64,000 nt of DNA, taken from a virus. The position numbers were made by a program, and so were the translations under genes. Below the pieces are notes generated by a model that worked only from the letters and a program-made list of their open reading frames with translations, was not told the origin of the DNA and searched no databases. Where the stretch lies: the IMG/VR virus record IMGVR_UViG_3300021469_000002, positions 1 through 64,000 of that record; one strand, given 5' to 3'. Shown here piece after piece: positions 8,972 through 18,655 of this stretch. Numbering within the stretch: position 1 is the stretch's first letter; each line of letters begins with the position of its first letter.

Positions 8972-9568
8972 ATGAAATGGATTAAATGGTTTGATGAGTT
9001 GAGAAAAGATGAAGTAATGGTAATGATAGCGATAGCAAGAAAGAAGTATAACGAAAAACTAAAATCAGAGCAGGTAGTGTTCAGGGAAATAGTCACAAAA
9101 GAGACATGGAAGAGGAAGTTAAACAAACTAAAAACCCTTGTCCATTATTATCCAAGTCAAGCAGAGCCAGAAGATTACACTATTTATATGTCCTATAACC
9201 CCAGAAGTCTGAAAAAGGCATTATTCCTCTTACACGAAAGGTTATTGAAGTGGCAGTTTGAACTCTACAAAGGGAATACAGGAAATTACTTCTTTCATGT
9301 CAGGAAATTACCAAGTGAATTCATATCCTGTCTCCAGAAACCAGAGGCAAGGTCAAGGAGATGGCATTTCCTGATAGATGTTGATGACTTGGACAAGTTA
9401 GATGAGGTCAGGGAGCAGATAAGCACACTAAACATCAAAGTGAAACATGAGGAATCAACCAAGAATGGTCTCCACATCCTTGTTGAACCATTTAATATAA
9501 TAGAATGGAAGCAGATTAAAAATGTGGAGATTAAGAAAGATGGAGTGTTCCACATTTACCATGTCTGA
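8972..9568 (+). CDS. AEP (primase-polymerase) superfamily-like protein
   Basis: hhDhD motif FLIDVDD followed by STKNGLH (S/TxxGxH), matching AEP motifs I and II. Confidence 0.5.
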   Translation: MKWIKWFDELRKDEVMVMIAIARKKYNEKLKSEQVVFREIVTKETWKRKLNKLKTLVHYYPSQAEPEDYTIYMSYNPRSLKKALFLLHERLLKWQFELYKGNTGNYFFHVRKLPSEFISCLQKPEARSRRWHFLIDVDDLDKLDEVREQISTLNIKVKHEESTKNGLHILVEPFNIIEWKQIKNVEIKKDGVFHIYHV

Positions 9569-10047
9569 CCATAAACTGCACTAATTCGGACAAATTATAT
9601 ATCAAAATAAGGAAGTTGATATTGACAAAGAGATGGATAAATTAAATAAAACAGTTCAGGGTGATGAAGTTGAAAACAGAATTTGAAAAAAAACTTGAAA
9701 AAATGAGTGATAAAGAATTAAGGGTATTTATAGGATTAGATAATGGGAAGCCGGTTTTTATTAAAAAACAATTAAGACGCAAAATTAAAAGATTATTAAA
9801 TGCAATTAAAAAAGAAAAAGAATATATTTATAAAAGTAGTAATGTTTTATATAGAAATGATGTGTTAAAAGGCATGGAAATATGCGAAAATTTAATTAAA
9901 CAGCATTTTAAGAAAATTTTAAATTGATAAAATGTTATATATAATAATTGAAAGCAAAGATAAATGGTTTATAGGAGGAACTGCTATAGCAAAAGATGTT
10001 GTAGAATTGGGTTTAATTGAGGCTTCAAAAAAGAATAGGCGAATAGA

Positions 10048-10770
10048 GTGAAAAAGAAAAAATTACATTTATTAATTGGCGTTACTTTATATAATGTAAT
10101 GCCTGTAGAAACTTTTATGAGTTTAAATAATTTGTTATTTGAACTTCTTCGGCTTATTGGTCAAGAAATAGGAAATTATAAAAATTTTTCTTTTTCTTTT
10201 TGCAATACTAAAGGAATGGTTACGGATCAAGCAAGAAATAATATAGTCTCTCGTTTATTGCATGATAAAGAAGCTACTCATTTATTTTTTATAGATTCAG
10301 ATATGGTTCTTCCCGCTAATGTATTTCCACGGCTTCTTGCATTAAATGCTGATATTGCTACTGCAATTGCATTTAAAAAATGGTATCCTCATCAACCTAC
10401 TATTTATAAATTCAAAAGAGGCCGGTGGTATTCTTTGATAGATTATCCAGAAAATAAAATAATTAAAATAGATGGTTGTGGTATGGCGTGTTGTTTGATA
10501 AAAAAAGAAGTTTTTAAAAAAATAAAAGAGCCATGGTTTGAATTTAAGCCATATGAAATAAATGGAAAAAAAGTAATTTTAAGTGAAGATTTAGTGTTTT
10601 GCGAAAAAGTAAAAAAAGCAGGATTTACAATTAAATGTGATACAGGATTGGTTTGTGGTCATGTTGGCGGAATAATAGATAATAGAACCTATCAGGGTGT
10701 AAAAAAACTTTCGCCTATTCATAACTTACCTTTTCATATTCCAGGATTATCTAGGAGGAAGAAAAAATGA
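10048..10770 (+). CDS. GT-A (GT2-like) glycosyltransferase
   Basis: ARNNIV, FFIDSDM, GMACCLIKKEVF, SEDLVFC. Confidence 0.85.
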   Translation: MKKKKLHLLIGVTLYNVMPVETFMSLNNLLFELLRLIGQEIGNYKNFSFSFCNTKGMVTDQARNNIVSRLLHDKEATHLFFIDSDMVLPANVFPRLLALNADIATAIAFKKWYPHQPTIYKFKRGRWYSLIDYPENKIIKIDGCGMACCLIKKEVFKKIKEPWFEFKPYEINGKKVILSEDLVFCEKVKKAGFTIKCDTGLVCGHVGGIIDNRTYQGVKKLSPIHNLPFHIPGLSRRKKK

Positions 10771-11870
10771 AAATAGCTATGTGTTTAGGAATAAGGCCTG
10801 ATTGGATAATGAATTCAATCTTAATAGAAAAATTAAATAAATGGCTAGGAAAGAATTTCATTCTTATCCATAGCGGGCAACACTATTCTTATAATATGGA
10901 CAAAATTTTTTTTAATGAATTAGGAATACGCGAACCTGATTATCATCTTAATATTCGATCAGGAACACAAAGTTACCAATCAGGCGAAACAATTAAAAGG
11001 GCAGGAGAAATTTTTGAAAAAGAAAAACCTGATTTGGTTTTGGGATTTAGTGATGGAAATCCTGTATTAAGTTGTTTAGCAGCAACAAAATTAGGAATTA
11101 AAGTAGGTCATTTAGAAGCTGGAATGCGTTCTTGGGATTGGAGAATGCCTGAAGAAAAAAATAGAAGAATGATTGATGCAATATCAGATTATTTTTTTGT
11201 TCCAACTGTTATTGCTGAAAATAATTTAATAAACGAAGGAATAGAAAAAACAAAAATATTTGTTGTTAGCAAACAAGTAATTGAGGTTATAGAAAAGTAT
11301 AAAAAACAAATAGACGATTCATCTATTTTAGAGAAGTTAAAATTAAAAGAGCAAGAATATTTTCTTGCCACAGCACATAGACCAGAAAATGTTGAAAACA
11401 AAACCAATTTGCAAAATATATTAATTGCTTTTAAGAGAATTTATAAAAAGTATCAATATCCTATTATATTCCCGGCTCATCCAAGAACGCAAAAAGCAAT
11501 AAAAAGATTTAAATTTAAAATTCCAAAGGGAGTAAAAATGCTGGATTATTTCGGTTTCTTTGATTTTAGCAAACTAGAGAAGAATGCCTTATGTTTATTA
11601 ACCGATTCTGGAACTGTTCAAGAAGATGGTTGTTGGTTTAAAGTTCCTTGTGTCACTTTCAGAATAAGTACTGAAAGACCCGAAACAGAATTGTGTGGAT
11701 CAAATATAGTTTCAGGTTTGGATGCAAATTCTATTGTGGATTGTGTGAAATTAATGGTAGAAAAAGAAAAAAATTGGAAGTGCCCTTATTATTTAGGTGC
11801 TTCAGAAAAAATAATTTCAATATTAAAAATGAAAAAAGAGGAGATAATAAATGAAAAAGTGTGGTGGTAA
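10767..11870 (+). CDS. wecB: UDP-N-acetylglucosamine 2-epimerase (non-hydrolysing)
   Basis: GIRPD, HSGQHY, HLEAGMRS, PEEKNR, HRPEN, HPRT, TDSGTVQE, TERPE. Confidence 0.93.
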   Translation: MKIAMCLGIRPDWIMNSILIEKLNKWLGKNFILIHSGQHYSYNMDKIFFNELGIREPDYHLNIRSGTQSYQSGETIKRAGEIFEKEKPDLVLGFSDGNPVLSCLAATKLGIKVGHLEAGMRSWDWRMPEEKNRRMIDAISDYFFVPTVIAENNLINEGIEKTKIFVVSKQVIEVIEKYKKQIDDSSILEKLKLKEQEYFLATAHRPENVENKTNLQNILIAFKRIYKKYQYPIIFPAHPRTQKAIKRFKFKIPKGVKMLDYFGFFDFSKLEKNALCLLTDSGTVQEDGCWFKVPCVTFRISTERPETELCGSNIVSGLDANSIVDCVKLMVEKEKNWKCPYYLGASEKIISILKMKKEEIINEKVWW

Positions 11871-12273
11871 ACCTTTTATTGAGGATCTTAAATGTTTTGT
11901 TGATGATAGAGGTTTTTTAATTCAGTTATTTGATGAATTAAAAGTTGTTAGGGCATATGCTGTAAGTAATTTTAATAAGAATACAATCAGAGGATATCAT
12001 AAAAATTTTAAGGAATGGAAATATTTTTGTGTTTTAAAGGGTTCTGCAAAATTTATTGTAGCTAAAAATAAGAAAGAAATTTATAGTTTTACTTTATCAG
12101 AAAAAAAGCCACAACTTCTTCATGTTCCTCCGGAATGGTGGAATGGTTGGAAAGCTTTGGAATGTGATACTATTTTACTTGGTTTCTCTGATATAACAAT
12201 GAAGAATCATAAAGATAGAAGGATGTCTCCTTATGCATTTGGAAAAAAAATCTGGGAGGTTGAAAGTAGGTAA
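11851..12273 (+). CDS. dTDP-4-dehydrorhamnose 3,5-epimerase-like cupin
   Basis: DDRGFL, IRGYH, LHVPPEWWNGW. Confidence 0.8.
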   Translation: MKKCGGKPFIEDLKCFVDDRGFLIQLFDELKVVRAYAVSNFNKNTIRGYHKNFKEWKYFCVLKGSAKFIVAKNKKEIYSFTLSEKKPQLLHVPPEWWNGWKALECDTILLGFSDITMKNHKDRRMSPYAFGKKIWEVESR

Positions 12274-12274
12274 T

Positions 12275-12802
12275 ATGAAAAAATATGAAAAATCTTGGTT
12301 AGCAGGAGTAATAGATGGGGAGGGATCGATAATGATTTATGATTATATAGATAGACGTGGGTGGAGAAATAGACATGCTAGAATAGAAATTGTAAATACT
12401 AATAAAAATTTTATTGAAAGGGCAGGAAAATTGCTTAACTTAGATTCAAAAATTATTAAGCAAGTTAGAGGGAAAAATAGAAAACCACTTTATAGAGCAA
12501 GACAGGCAAACCATAAAAAAGTTCTATCAATTTTAACTCAGATATTACCTTATCTTATCATTAAAAAAAATAAAGCAATAGAAGCGATTGATTTCATTAA
12601 AAGAACTGATTGGGGTAAAAGAAGATTTTCTTCTACTAGATCAGAAAGTTTAAGAAAATCATGGAAATTGAGAAATATAAAATGGGCTATTAATTACGAC
12701 AAATGTCTGAATTGTGGTACTACTAAATTTAAACATTTTGGGCATGGATTATGTTCACGATGTTATATGAGGAGGTGGCATAAATCACACGAGTCCTCGT
12801 AA
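12275..12802 (+). CDS. Free-standing LAGLIDADG homing endonuclease with C-terminal zinc finger
   Basis: WLAGVIDGEGSI, ILPYLIIKK, CLNC...HGLCSRCY. Confidence 0.85.
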   Translation: MKKYEKSWLAGVIDGEGSIMIYDYIDRRGWRNRHARIEIVNTNKNFIERAGKLLNLDSKIIKQVRGKNRKPLYRARQANHKKVLSILTQILPYLIIKKNKAIEAIDFIKRTDWGKRRFSSTRSESLRKSWKLRNIKWAINYDKCLNCGTTKFKHFGHGLCSRCYMRRWHKSHESS

Positions 12803-13767
12803 CCGGCGGAGCAGGATACTTAGGCTCTATGCTCGTTAGAAAGCTTCTTGAAAATAAACATGAAGTCATAGTATTGGATACTGGAATCTACGGCTTCGAT
12901 TCTCTCAAAGAATTGCCAGTTCAAATAATAAGAAAAGATGTAAGAGAAATCAATACCCTCCAAAATATTGATGTAGTAATACATCTGGCTTCAATCGTTG
13001 GAGATTCTGCGTGCGATTTAAATCCAAACGAAACAGTTGAAATAAATGTTGAGGCAACAAATAATTTAGCAAGATTCTGTGCTGAAAATGGAATTAAAAT
13101 GCTTTATGCAAGTACATGTTCTGTTTATGGTAAAAATCCCAAAAAGATTTGCAACGAAGAAGATAAAACAATAGTTCCAATAAGTTTATATGGAAAAACA
13201 AAGCTTATTTCAGAAAAGAGAATCAAAGAATCGGGATGTAAATACACAATTTTAAGATTAGGAACACTGTTTGGATTAAGTTATAGAATGAGATTTGATT
13301 TAGTTGTTAATCTATTTGCTGCCAAAGCTATATGTGGAGAAAGAATTACAGTTTTTGGAGGAACTCAATGGAGACCATTTCTTCATGTTGAAGATGCAGC
13401 AGAAGCTTTTATATGGGCATTAAATAATAATGAAAATTCAGTATTCAATGTTGCTCTTGACAATTATACGATTTTAGGAATAGCTAAATTGGTTTCTAAA
13501 GCTCTTGGCGGAATATCTGTTGAAGTGTCTTCTGATATAGTTGATGAAAGAAATTATAGAGTAGATACAAAAAAAATAATAAATAGAGGATGGCGACCCA
13601 GAAAAACAATTAGGGATGCTGTAATAGAAATTCAAACAGCCTATAGGTTTGGAGTTTGGAAGGATTACAAAAAACCGATTTATAGCAATTATAAATCTTT
13701 ATTCGAAAATTTTAAATTAATGAAAAATATATATACCTATGGTCCAATACCGGAGGTGAAAATATGA
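12784..13767 (+). CDS. NAD-dependent sugar epimerase/dehydratase (extended SDR), apparent ATC start
   Basis: The Rossmann motif RVLVTGGAGYLGS lies upstream of the first ATG (12829). The frame opens at ATC 12784 after GGAGGTGG. Also HLASIVGD, STCSVYG, YGKTK. Confidence 0.88.
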   Translation: MTRVLVTGGAGYLGSMLVRKLLENKHEVIVLDTGIYGFDSLKELPVQIIRKDVREINTLQNIDVVIHLASIVGDSACDLNPNETVEINVEATNNLARFCAENGIKMLYASTCSVYGKNPKKICNEEDKTIVPISLYGKTKLISEKRIKESGCKYTILRLGTLFGLSYRMRFDLVVNLFAAKAICGERITVFGGTQWRPFLHVEDAAEAFIWALNNNENSVFNVALDNYTILGIAKLVSKALGGISVEVSSDIVDERNYRVDTKKIINRGWRPRKTIRDAVIEIQTAYRFGVWKDYKKPIYSNYKSLFENFKLMKNIYTYGPIPEVKI

Positions 13768-15806
13768 TTTTTATAACTGGTGCTCATGGAAAATTGGGTT
13801 CTGAATTAAGTAAATTATATCCTAACGCTTTAAAACCTACACATAAAGAATTAGATATTACAAATAGAAAACAAGTTTTTGAATATATTAAAAAACACAT
13901 GCCAAACACTATTATTCATTTAGCAGCATTAACAGGAATAAGACAATGCGAAGAAAATAAAAAATTAGCTTGGGAAACTAATGTTCTGGGAACAAAAAAT
14001 CTTATAGATGCTTGTCTAGAACATAATCCAAGTGTTTATTTCATATATATGTCAACTCCGTGTTTTACAAAAAACACATTAATCTTAACTAATTTCTCAA
14101 TAAAACCGATTTCTTTGATTAGAAAAGGTGAAAAAGTAATTACTCATAAAGGAAATTTGAAAAAAGTTGTAAAAACATTTAAGCGAAAATATAAAGGAAA
14201 GATATTAAAAATCAAACCATTAGGAAATTTAGAGATTGAATGTACTCCTAATCATCCGTTTTTGGCTATTAAAAGAAAATATAAAAAAAATTATAAGGAA
14301 GACAAATTTAAAAATATAATAAAAAGAAAACCAAAATGGATTCTGGCGGGAGATTTAAACATTGGAGATATGTTGGTTGTTCCAAAAATAAAAATAACTG
14401 GATATGCTCCACGTTTTGTAAAAATATCAAATAAAAGACTCGAAAAATATTATGAAATAATGAAGCTTGAAATACCTAGATATGAATCTGGAAAAATTAA
14501 GCGTGGGATTTTATCAGAATTATCCAAAAAATATAAAATCAATAAGTTGGTTTTAAGTGGATGGATAAACAAAAAACATAAACCAAAACATCTTATTAAT
14601 TTAAAAATTAAAATTGATAAAAATTTGTCTTATTTATTTGGAATATTTGTTGCAGAAGGGTGGATACAATACAATAAAAGATTTTATAAAAAAAGAAAAA
14701 AATACTATAGTAGCAAAGAATTAGTTTTCGCTTTTGGTGAAGAACCAAATCTTATTGAAAAAACAAAAAAAATATTAAGGCAAAAATTTAATATTGATGC
14801 CAAAATTGAAAAAATGAAAAATCAAAAAGGCTATAAATTACATATTGTTGATAAAAATATAGCTAATTTATTTGAAAAATTATTTTATAATAAAAATGGT
14901 CATAGAGCATGGAATAAAAAATTACCAAATTGGTTTCTCTTTTTGAATAAAAATCTCATCTCCGCTTTTTTAAAAGGATATTGGGATGGTGATGGCTCAA
15001 TTTGGCAAGGACAGCATCCATTTGCTTCCTGTTCGACGGTTTCTTTTAAGTTGATAAATCAAATTAAACTATTATTGTTAAAACTAGGAATATATCCATG
15101 TTTAATTAAAAGAAAGCCAAGTAGTCAAATTTTAGGAAGAAAAGTAAAAGATAAAGAAAGTTTTCAATTAATTATTTCTGGCAAACAAATCAAAAAATTT
15201 GCTAAATTACTTGGTTTTTCTTTCAAATATGAGCCAAAATATCAAAAATTTATAGAAACTAAAGATTATTTTTTAGTTCCAATAACAAAAATAGAAATTG
15301 AAGATTTCAATGGTGATGTTTTTAATTTAGAAGTTTTAGATGATAATTCCTATTTATCTTCATACATATCTGTACATAATTGTGTTTTTTCAGGAAACCC
15401 AAAAGAAGCCCCATTCACTGAAAATTCTTTTCCCTATCCGAAAAATTTTTATTCTTTAACAAAATTATTGGGTGAAATGGCTGTAAGATTTACTGATTTA
15501 AGATGGCTTGTTATTAGAGGAAATTTTGTTCCTAGAGCGAAATGGCTCTATCCTAAAGCCTTTACTGATAGATGGGGAACATACTTGTTTGCAGATCAAT
15601 TAGCTATGGCAATAAAAGAGGTTGTTGAGAAAGGTTTATGTGGTATAGTTCATTTAGTTGGAGATAAAAAATTAAGTATGTATGAATTAGCCAAAATGAC
15701 AACACCAGATATAGAACCCATGACGCTTAAAGAATATTCTGGTCCACCTTTAACTCAAGATATGAGTTTAGATACTATTATTTGGCATAAATATAAAATT
15801 GATTGA
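13764..15806 (+). CDS. rmlD: dTDP-4-dehydrorhamnose reductase-like SDR containing an intein
   Basis: ITGAHGKLG, LDIT, IIHLAA, NVLGT, YMSTP|CVFSG, YSLTK. Spliced product about 240 aa. Confidence 0.85.
   Translation: MIFITGAHGKLGSELSKLYPNALKPTHKELDITNRKQVFEYIKKHMPNTIIHLAALTGIRQCEENKKLAWETNVLGTKNLIDACLEHNPSVYFIYMSTPCFTKNTLILTNFSIKPISLIRKGEKVITHKGNLKKVVKTFKRKYKGKILKIKPLGNLEIECTPNHPFLAIKRKYKKNYKEDKFKNIIKRKPKWILAGDLNIGDMLVVPKIKITGYAPRFVKISNKRLEKYYEIMKLEIPRYESGKIKRGILSELSKKYKINKLVLSGWINKKHKPKHLINLKIKIDKNLSYLFGIFVAEGWIQYNKRFYKKRKKYYSSKELVFAFGEEPNLIEKTKKILRQKFNIDAKIEKMKNQKGYKLHIVDKNIANLFEKLFYNKNGHRAWNKKLPNWFLFLNKNLISAFLKGYWDGDGSIWQGQHPFASCSTVSFKLINQIKLLLLKLGIYPCLIKRKPSSQILGRKVKDKESFQLIISGKQIKKFAKLLGFSFKYEPKYQKFIETKDYFLVPITKIEIEDFNGDVFNLEVLDDNSYLSSYISVHNCVFSGNPKEAPFTENSFPYPKNFYSLTKLLGEMAVRFTDLRWLVIRGNFVPRAKWLYPKAFTDRWGTYLFADQLAMAIKEVVEKGLCGIVHLVGDKKLSMYELAKMTTPDIEPMTLKEYSGPPLTQDMSLDTIIWHKYKID
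14061..15380 (+). mobile_element. Intein (440 aa) with LAGLIDADG endonuclease
   Basis: Starts CFTKNT; block B TPNHPF; FGIFVAEG and LKGYWDGDG; ends SVHN with Cys at +1. Confidence 0.93.
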
Positions 15807-15807
15807 T

Positions 15808-16893
15808 ATGTTAAATAAAATTCAAAAAAAAATAAATGCAGACTATCCACCAACACACACTTTTTTAGCCAAAACTTTAGAACCTACAAATATTTTGAAA
15901 CAAAGAATAGAAATAATAAATAAACATTTTCCTGATTTTTTTAAAGGAGAAAGATTACTTGATATAGGTTGTAGTAAAGGTTATTTTTCTTTAAGTTATG
16001 CGAAGAATTTTAAAGAAATTATTGGAATAGATAATAATAAAGAATTTATTAAAATTTGCCAAGAATTAAAACAATATCATAAAATTAATAATGTTGAATT
16101 TATACATGCTTCTTTTAGAAATTTTGCTACTGATAAACAATTTGATAAAATTTTTTTAGGTAATACGCATCATCATTTATTTAAAGAAATAAATGGGCAT
16201 GAATGGATAGATAAATTGGCAGCTATAAGCAATGGTTATGTTTTAATAGAAGGTCCCTATAATACAGCATGCCCAGATACAAGAAATTTTCCAAAAAAAT
16301 TTAATGATTTTATGGGAAAAATGTCGGATCATTTTATACTTTTGGATATGATTCCTACAGTTTCATATACACCTGATAGACATTTCATATTATGGAAAAG
16401 AAGAGAATTAAAAATGGAAGAAGGAAAAAGATATATCAAGAAATATTTTAAATATGATAAATATACGGATAATAATAAAATTGATATATTTATTGCTTCT
16501 ACTTCTCCTATAAGTAATGGTTTAGTTACTTTTACTGAAGATGGTTGGATAGAAGAATTTGTTGATTCTCCAATTTATCATTATTTTGAAAACGAAAAAG
16601 AATTATTTAAATTACATTGCATACATCAAATTTATTTGTCTAAATTGGGTTATTGGGATATGGACTCTGCTACAATAAATTTTTTCAAAATAAACAACAA
16701 ATTATTTGATAAATCTGCTGTAATGCCAATAAGAAAAATTAAAAAAATACACATCGATGGATATTTTAAATTATTAAATCAAAGTTATAAAACTATAAGC
16801 AAAGAAATACAAGAAAAGATAAAAGAAGCAATAAAAACTAAAAATCCAAAAGAATTTGAAAAGGTGTATGAATGGGTGAAATCAAAATTATAA
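15808..16893 (+). CDS. Class I SAM methyltransferase with possible degenerate kinase-like C-terminal domain
   Basis: LLDIGCSKGYF and IGIDNN motifs. C-terminal LSKLGYWDMDSATINF..KLFD. Confidence 0.75.
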   Translation: MLNKIQKKINADYPPTHTFLAKTLEPTNILKQRIEIINKHFPDFFKGERLLDIGCSKGYFSLSYAKNFKEIIGIDNNKEFIKICQELKQYHKINNVEFIHASFRNFATDKQFDKIFLGNTHHHLFKEINGHEWIDKLAAISNGYVLIEGPYNTACPDTRNFPKKFNDFMGKMSDHFILLDMIPTVSYTPDRHFILWKRRELKMEEGKRYIKKYFKYDKYTDNNKIDIFIASTSPISNGLVTFTEDGWIEEFVDSPIYHYFENEKELFKLHCIHQIYLSKLGYWDMDSATINFFKINNKLFDKSAVMPIRKIKKIHIDGYFKLLNQSYKTISKEIQEKIKEAIKTKNPKEFEKVYEWVKSKL

Positions 16894-17894
16894 AAGATAA
16901 ATGGTCGCCGTGGAATGAAACAGGCGGAGATCCAACACTTATAGATGTGTGGGATAATCCAAACAGACCATGGCCAAGTATAGTATATGTTGAAACCACT
17001 AATTATTGTAATGCAATGTGTGCTCCTTGCTTAAATCACAGATGTAAAAGAATAAGAGGAATAATGAGTTTGGAAACTTTTAAAGAAATAGCTCATAAAA
17101 TAAAGAAGAGAGGAGTAAAAATTGGAGCAATGTTTTGTTTTGGTGAACCTCTTATAGATCCTACTCTTTTTCAAAAATATGCTTATGCAAAAAAATTGGG
17201 CATTTTAACTCCTGGTCATGTTGGTTTAAATACTAATGTTTCTCTTTTAACTCCTGAAAAATATGATGAAATTTTGGAATATACTCCTAATATAATTCTC
17301 TCTTTTTTTAATGTTGGAAAAAAATACGAAGCATTAACCGGAGGATTAAGTTGGGAAAGGAGTTATAAAAGAGCTATAGATTTTATAAAATATAGAGATA
17401 AACATAAACCAGAGTATCCTATATTTATTAGCGTAAATACTGTTAGAGGACATGATTTAGCAGCAGTTAAAAAGGCATTTGAAGGTTATAGAGTACTTTA
17501 TGTCCAAGATGCAGAATTGCGTTGGGCAGGAAGTGTTATGATTATTTCTGATAGATTAAAAATGTATCATCATTGGCGTTGTGATGGTTATAAAGGAGCA
17601 TTACAAATTAAATTTAACGGTAATTGCGAATTTTGTGCATATGATATTGTTGGAACAGATGAGGGAGTCGGAGAAACTTTATTTGGAAATATTTTAGAAG
17701 ATTCTTGGGATGAATTAGATAGAAAATTTAGAGAGCTTTGGCGTAAACCTTGTTCCTTATGTTTAAGATGTGATATGTGGTATCATTGTAAAACTATAAT
17801 GGCTAATGGATTTAAAGATCCTGATCCATTACCTGAAGATTGGTTTGATTGGCAAAAACCATTCTTAAAACCAGGAGAATCGTTTTACAAGTGA
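16872..17894 (+). CDS. Radical SAM protein with SPASM/twitch domain
   Basis: CNAMCAPC, FGEPL, NTN; C-terminal C..G....C..D...FGNI...CSLCLRC. Confidence 0.88.
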   Translation: MGEIKIIKDKWSPWNETGGDPTLIDVWDNPNRPWPSIVYVETTNYCNAMCAPCLNHRCKRIRGIMSLETFKEIAHKIKKRGVKIGAMFCFGEPLIDPTLFQKYAYAKKLGILTPGHVGLNTNVSLLTPEKYDEILEYTPNIILSFFNVGKKYEALTGGLSWERSYKRAIDFIKYRDKHKPEYPIFISVNTVRGHDLAAVKKAFEGYRVLYVQDAELRWAGSVMIISDRLKMYHHWRCDGYKGALQIKFNGNCEFCAYDIVGTDEGVGETLFGNILEDSWDELDRKFRELWRKPCSLCLRCDMWYHCKTIMANGFKDPDPLPEDWFDWQKPFLKPGESFYK

Positions 17895-17899
17895 GAAAA

Positions 17900-18655
17900 A
17901 TGAAATATAATATTTCGGTTGTAGTGCCGGTTTATAATACTAAAGCAAAATATTTAGAGCAGTGTCTATTTAGTATTTTCGGTCAAACATATCAACCCTA
18001 TGAAGTAATTATAGTAAATGATGGTTCTACTAGAAAAGAAACATTAAATGTTCTTAAGATGATAGAAGAACAAAATCTTAAGAATGTAAAAATAATTCAT
18101 CAAGAAAATAAAAAAATTAGTGGTGCATTAAATACTGGTATAAGAAATATGAAAGGTAATTGGTGGGCTGGTTGTGCATCTGATGATTTATGGTTTCCTA
18201 ATAAATTAGAAGAGCAAGTAAAATTCGCAAAAAAACATCCTGAGGCAAGAGTAATATATGCTAATTGGGTTATGATCGATGAAAATGGTTTTTTTATAAG
18301 ACAAGTTAATGAAGTTGAATTTTTTAGTCTAAGAGATCAACAACTTTATTTATGCCAAGCTTATTTTGCTACTTGGAGTAATATGCTAGTTCATAAAGAA
18401 GTATTTAAAAAAATTGGTTTATTTAATGAAGCTTTTCCAACATCTGAAGATTATGAAATGAATATTAGAATAGCTCAGTATTACTTATTTTACAAAGTTC
18501 CAAAAAATTTAATGATGTATAGAGTTCATCCTGAGCAATTATCAGAAAGTGAATGGGGATGGAAAGGCGAGAAAGGAAAAGAATATACAATTAGAGCTCA
18601 AAAGCTTGCCAAACAGCTTTTTTGGAAAAGTAAACATGGTGATGGTAATGAATGA
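17900..18655 (+). CDS. GT2 glycosyltransferase
   Basis: SVVVPVYN, IVNDGS, ALNTG, SDD, SEDYEM. Confidence 0.9.
   Translation: MKYNISVVVPVYNTKAKYLEQCLFSIFGQTYQPYEVIIVNDGSTRKETLNVLKMIEEQNLKNVKIIHQENKKISGALNTGIRNMKGNWWAGCASDDLWFPNKLEEQVKFAKKHPEARVIYANWVMIDENGFFIRQVNEVEFFSLRDQQLYLCQAYFATWSNMLVHKEVFKKIGLFNEAFPTSEDYEMNIRIAQYYLFYKVPKNLMMYRVHPEQLSESEWGWKGEKGKEYTIRAQKLAKQLFWKSKHGDGNE

Noticed and set aside
12275-12802. LAGLIDADG gene as a spliced intron interrupting the epimerase start
   Set aside because: No bulge-helix-bulge or group I core was recognised. A strong RBS directly before ATC 12784 explains the missing start more simply.
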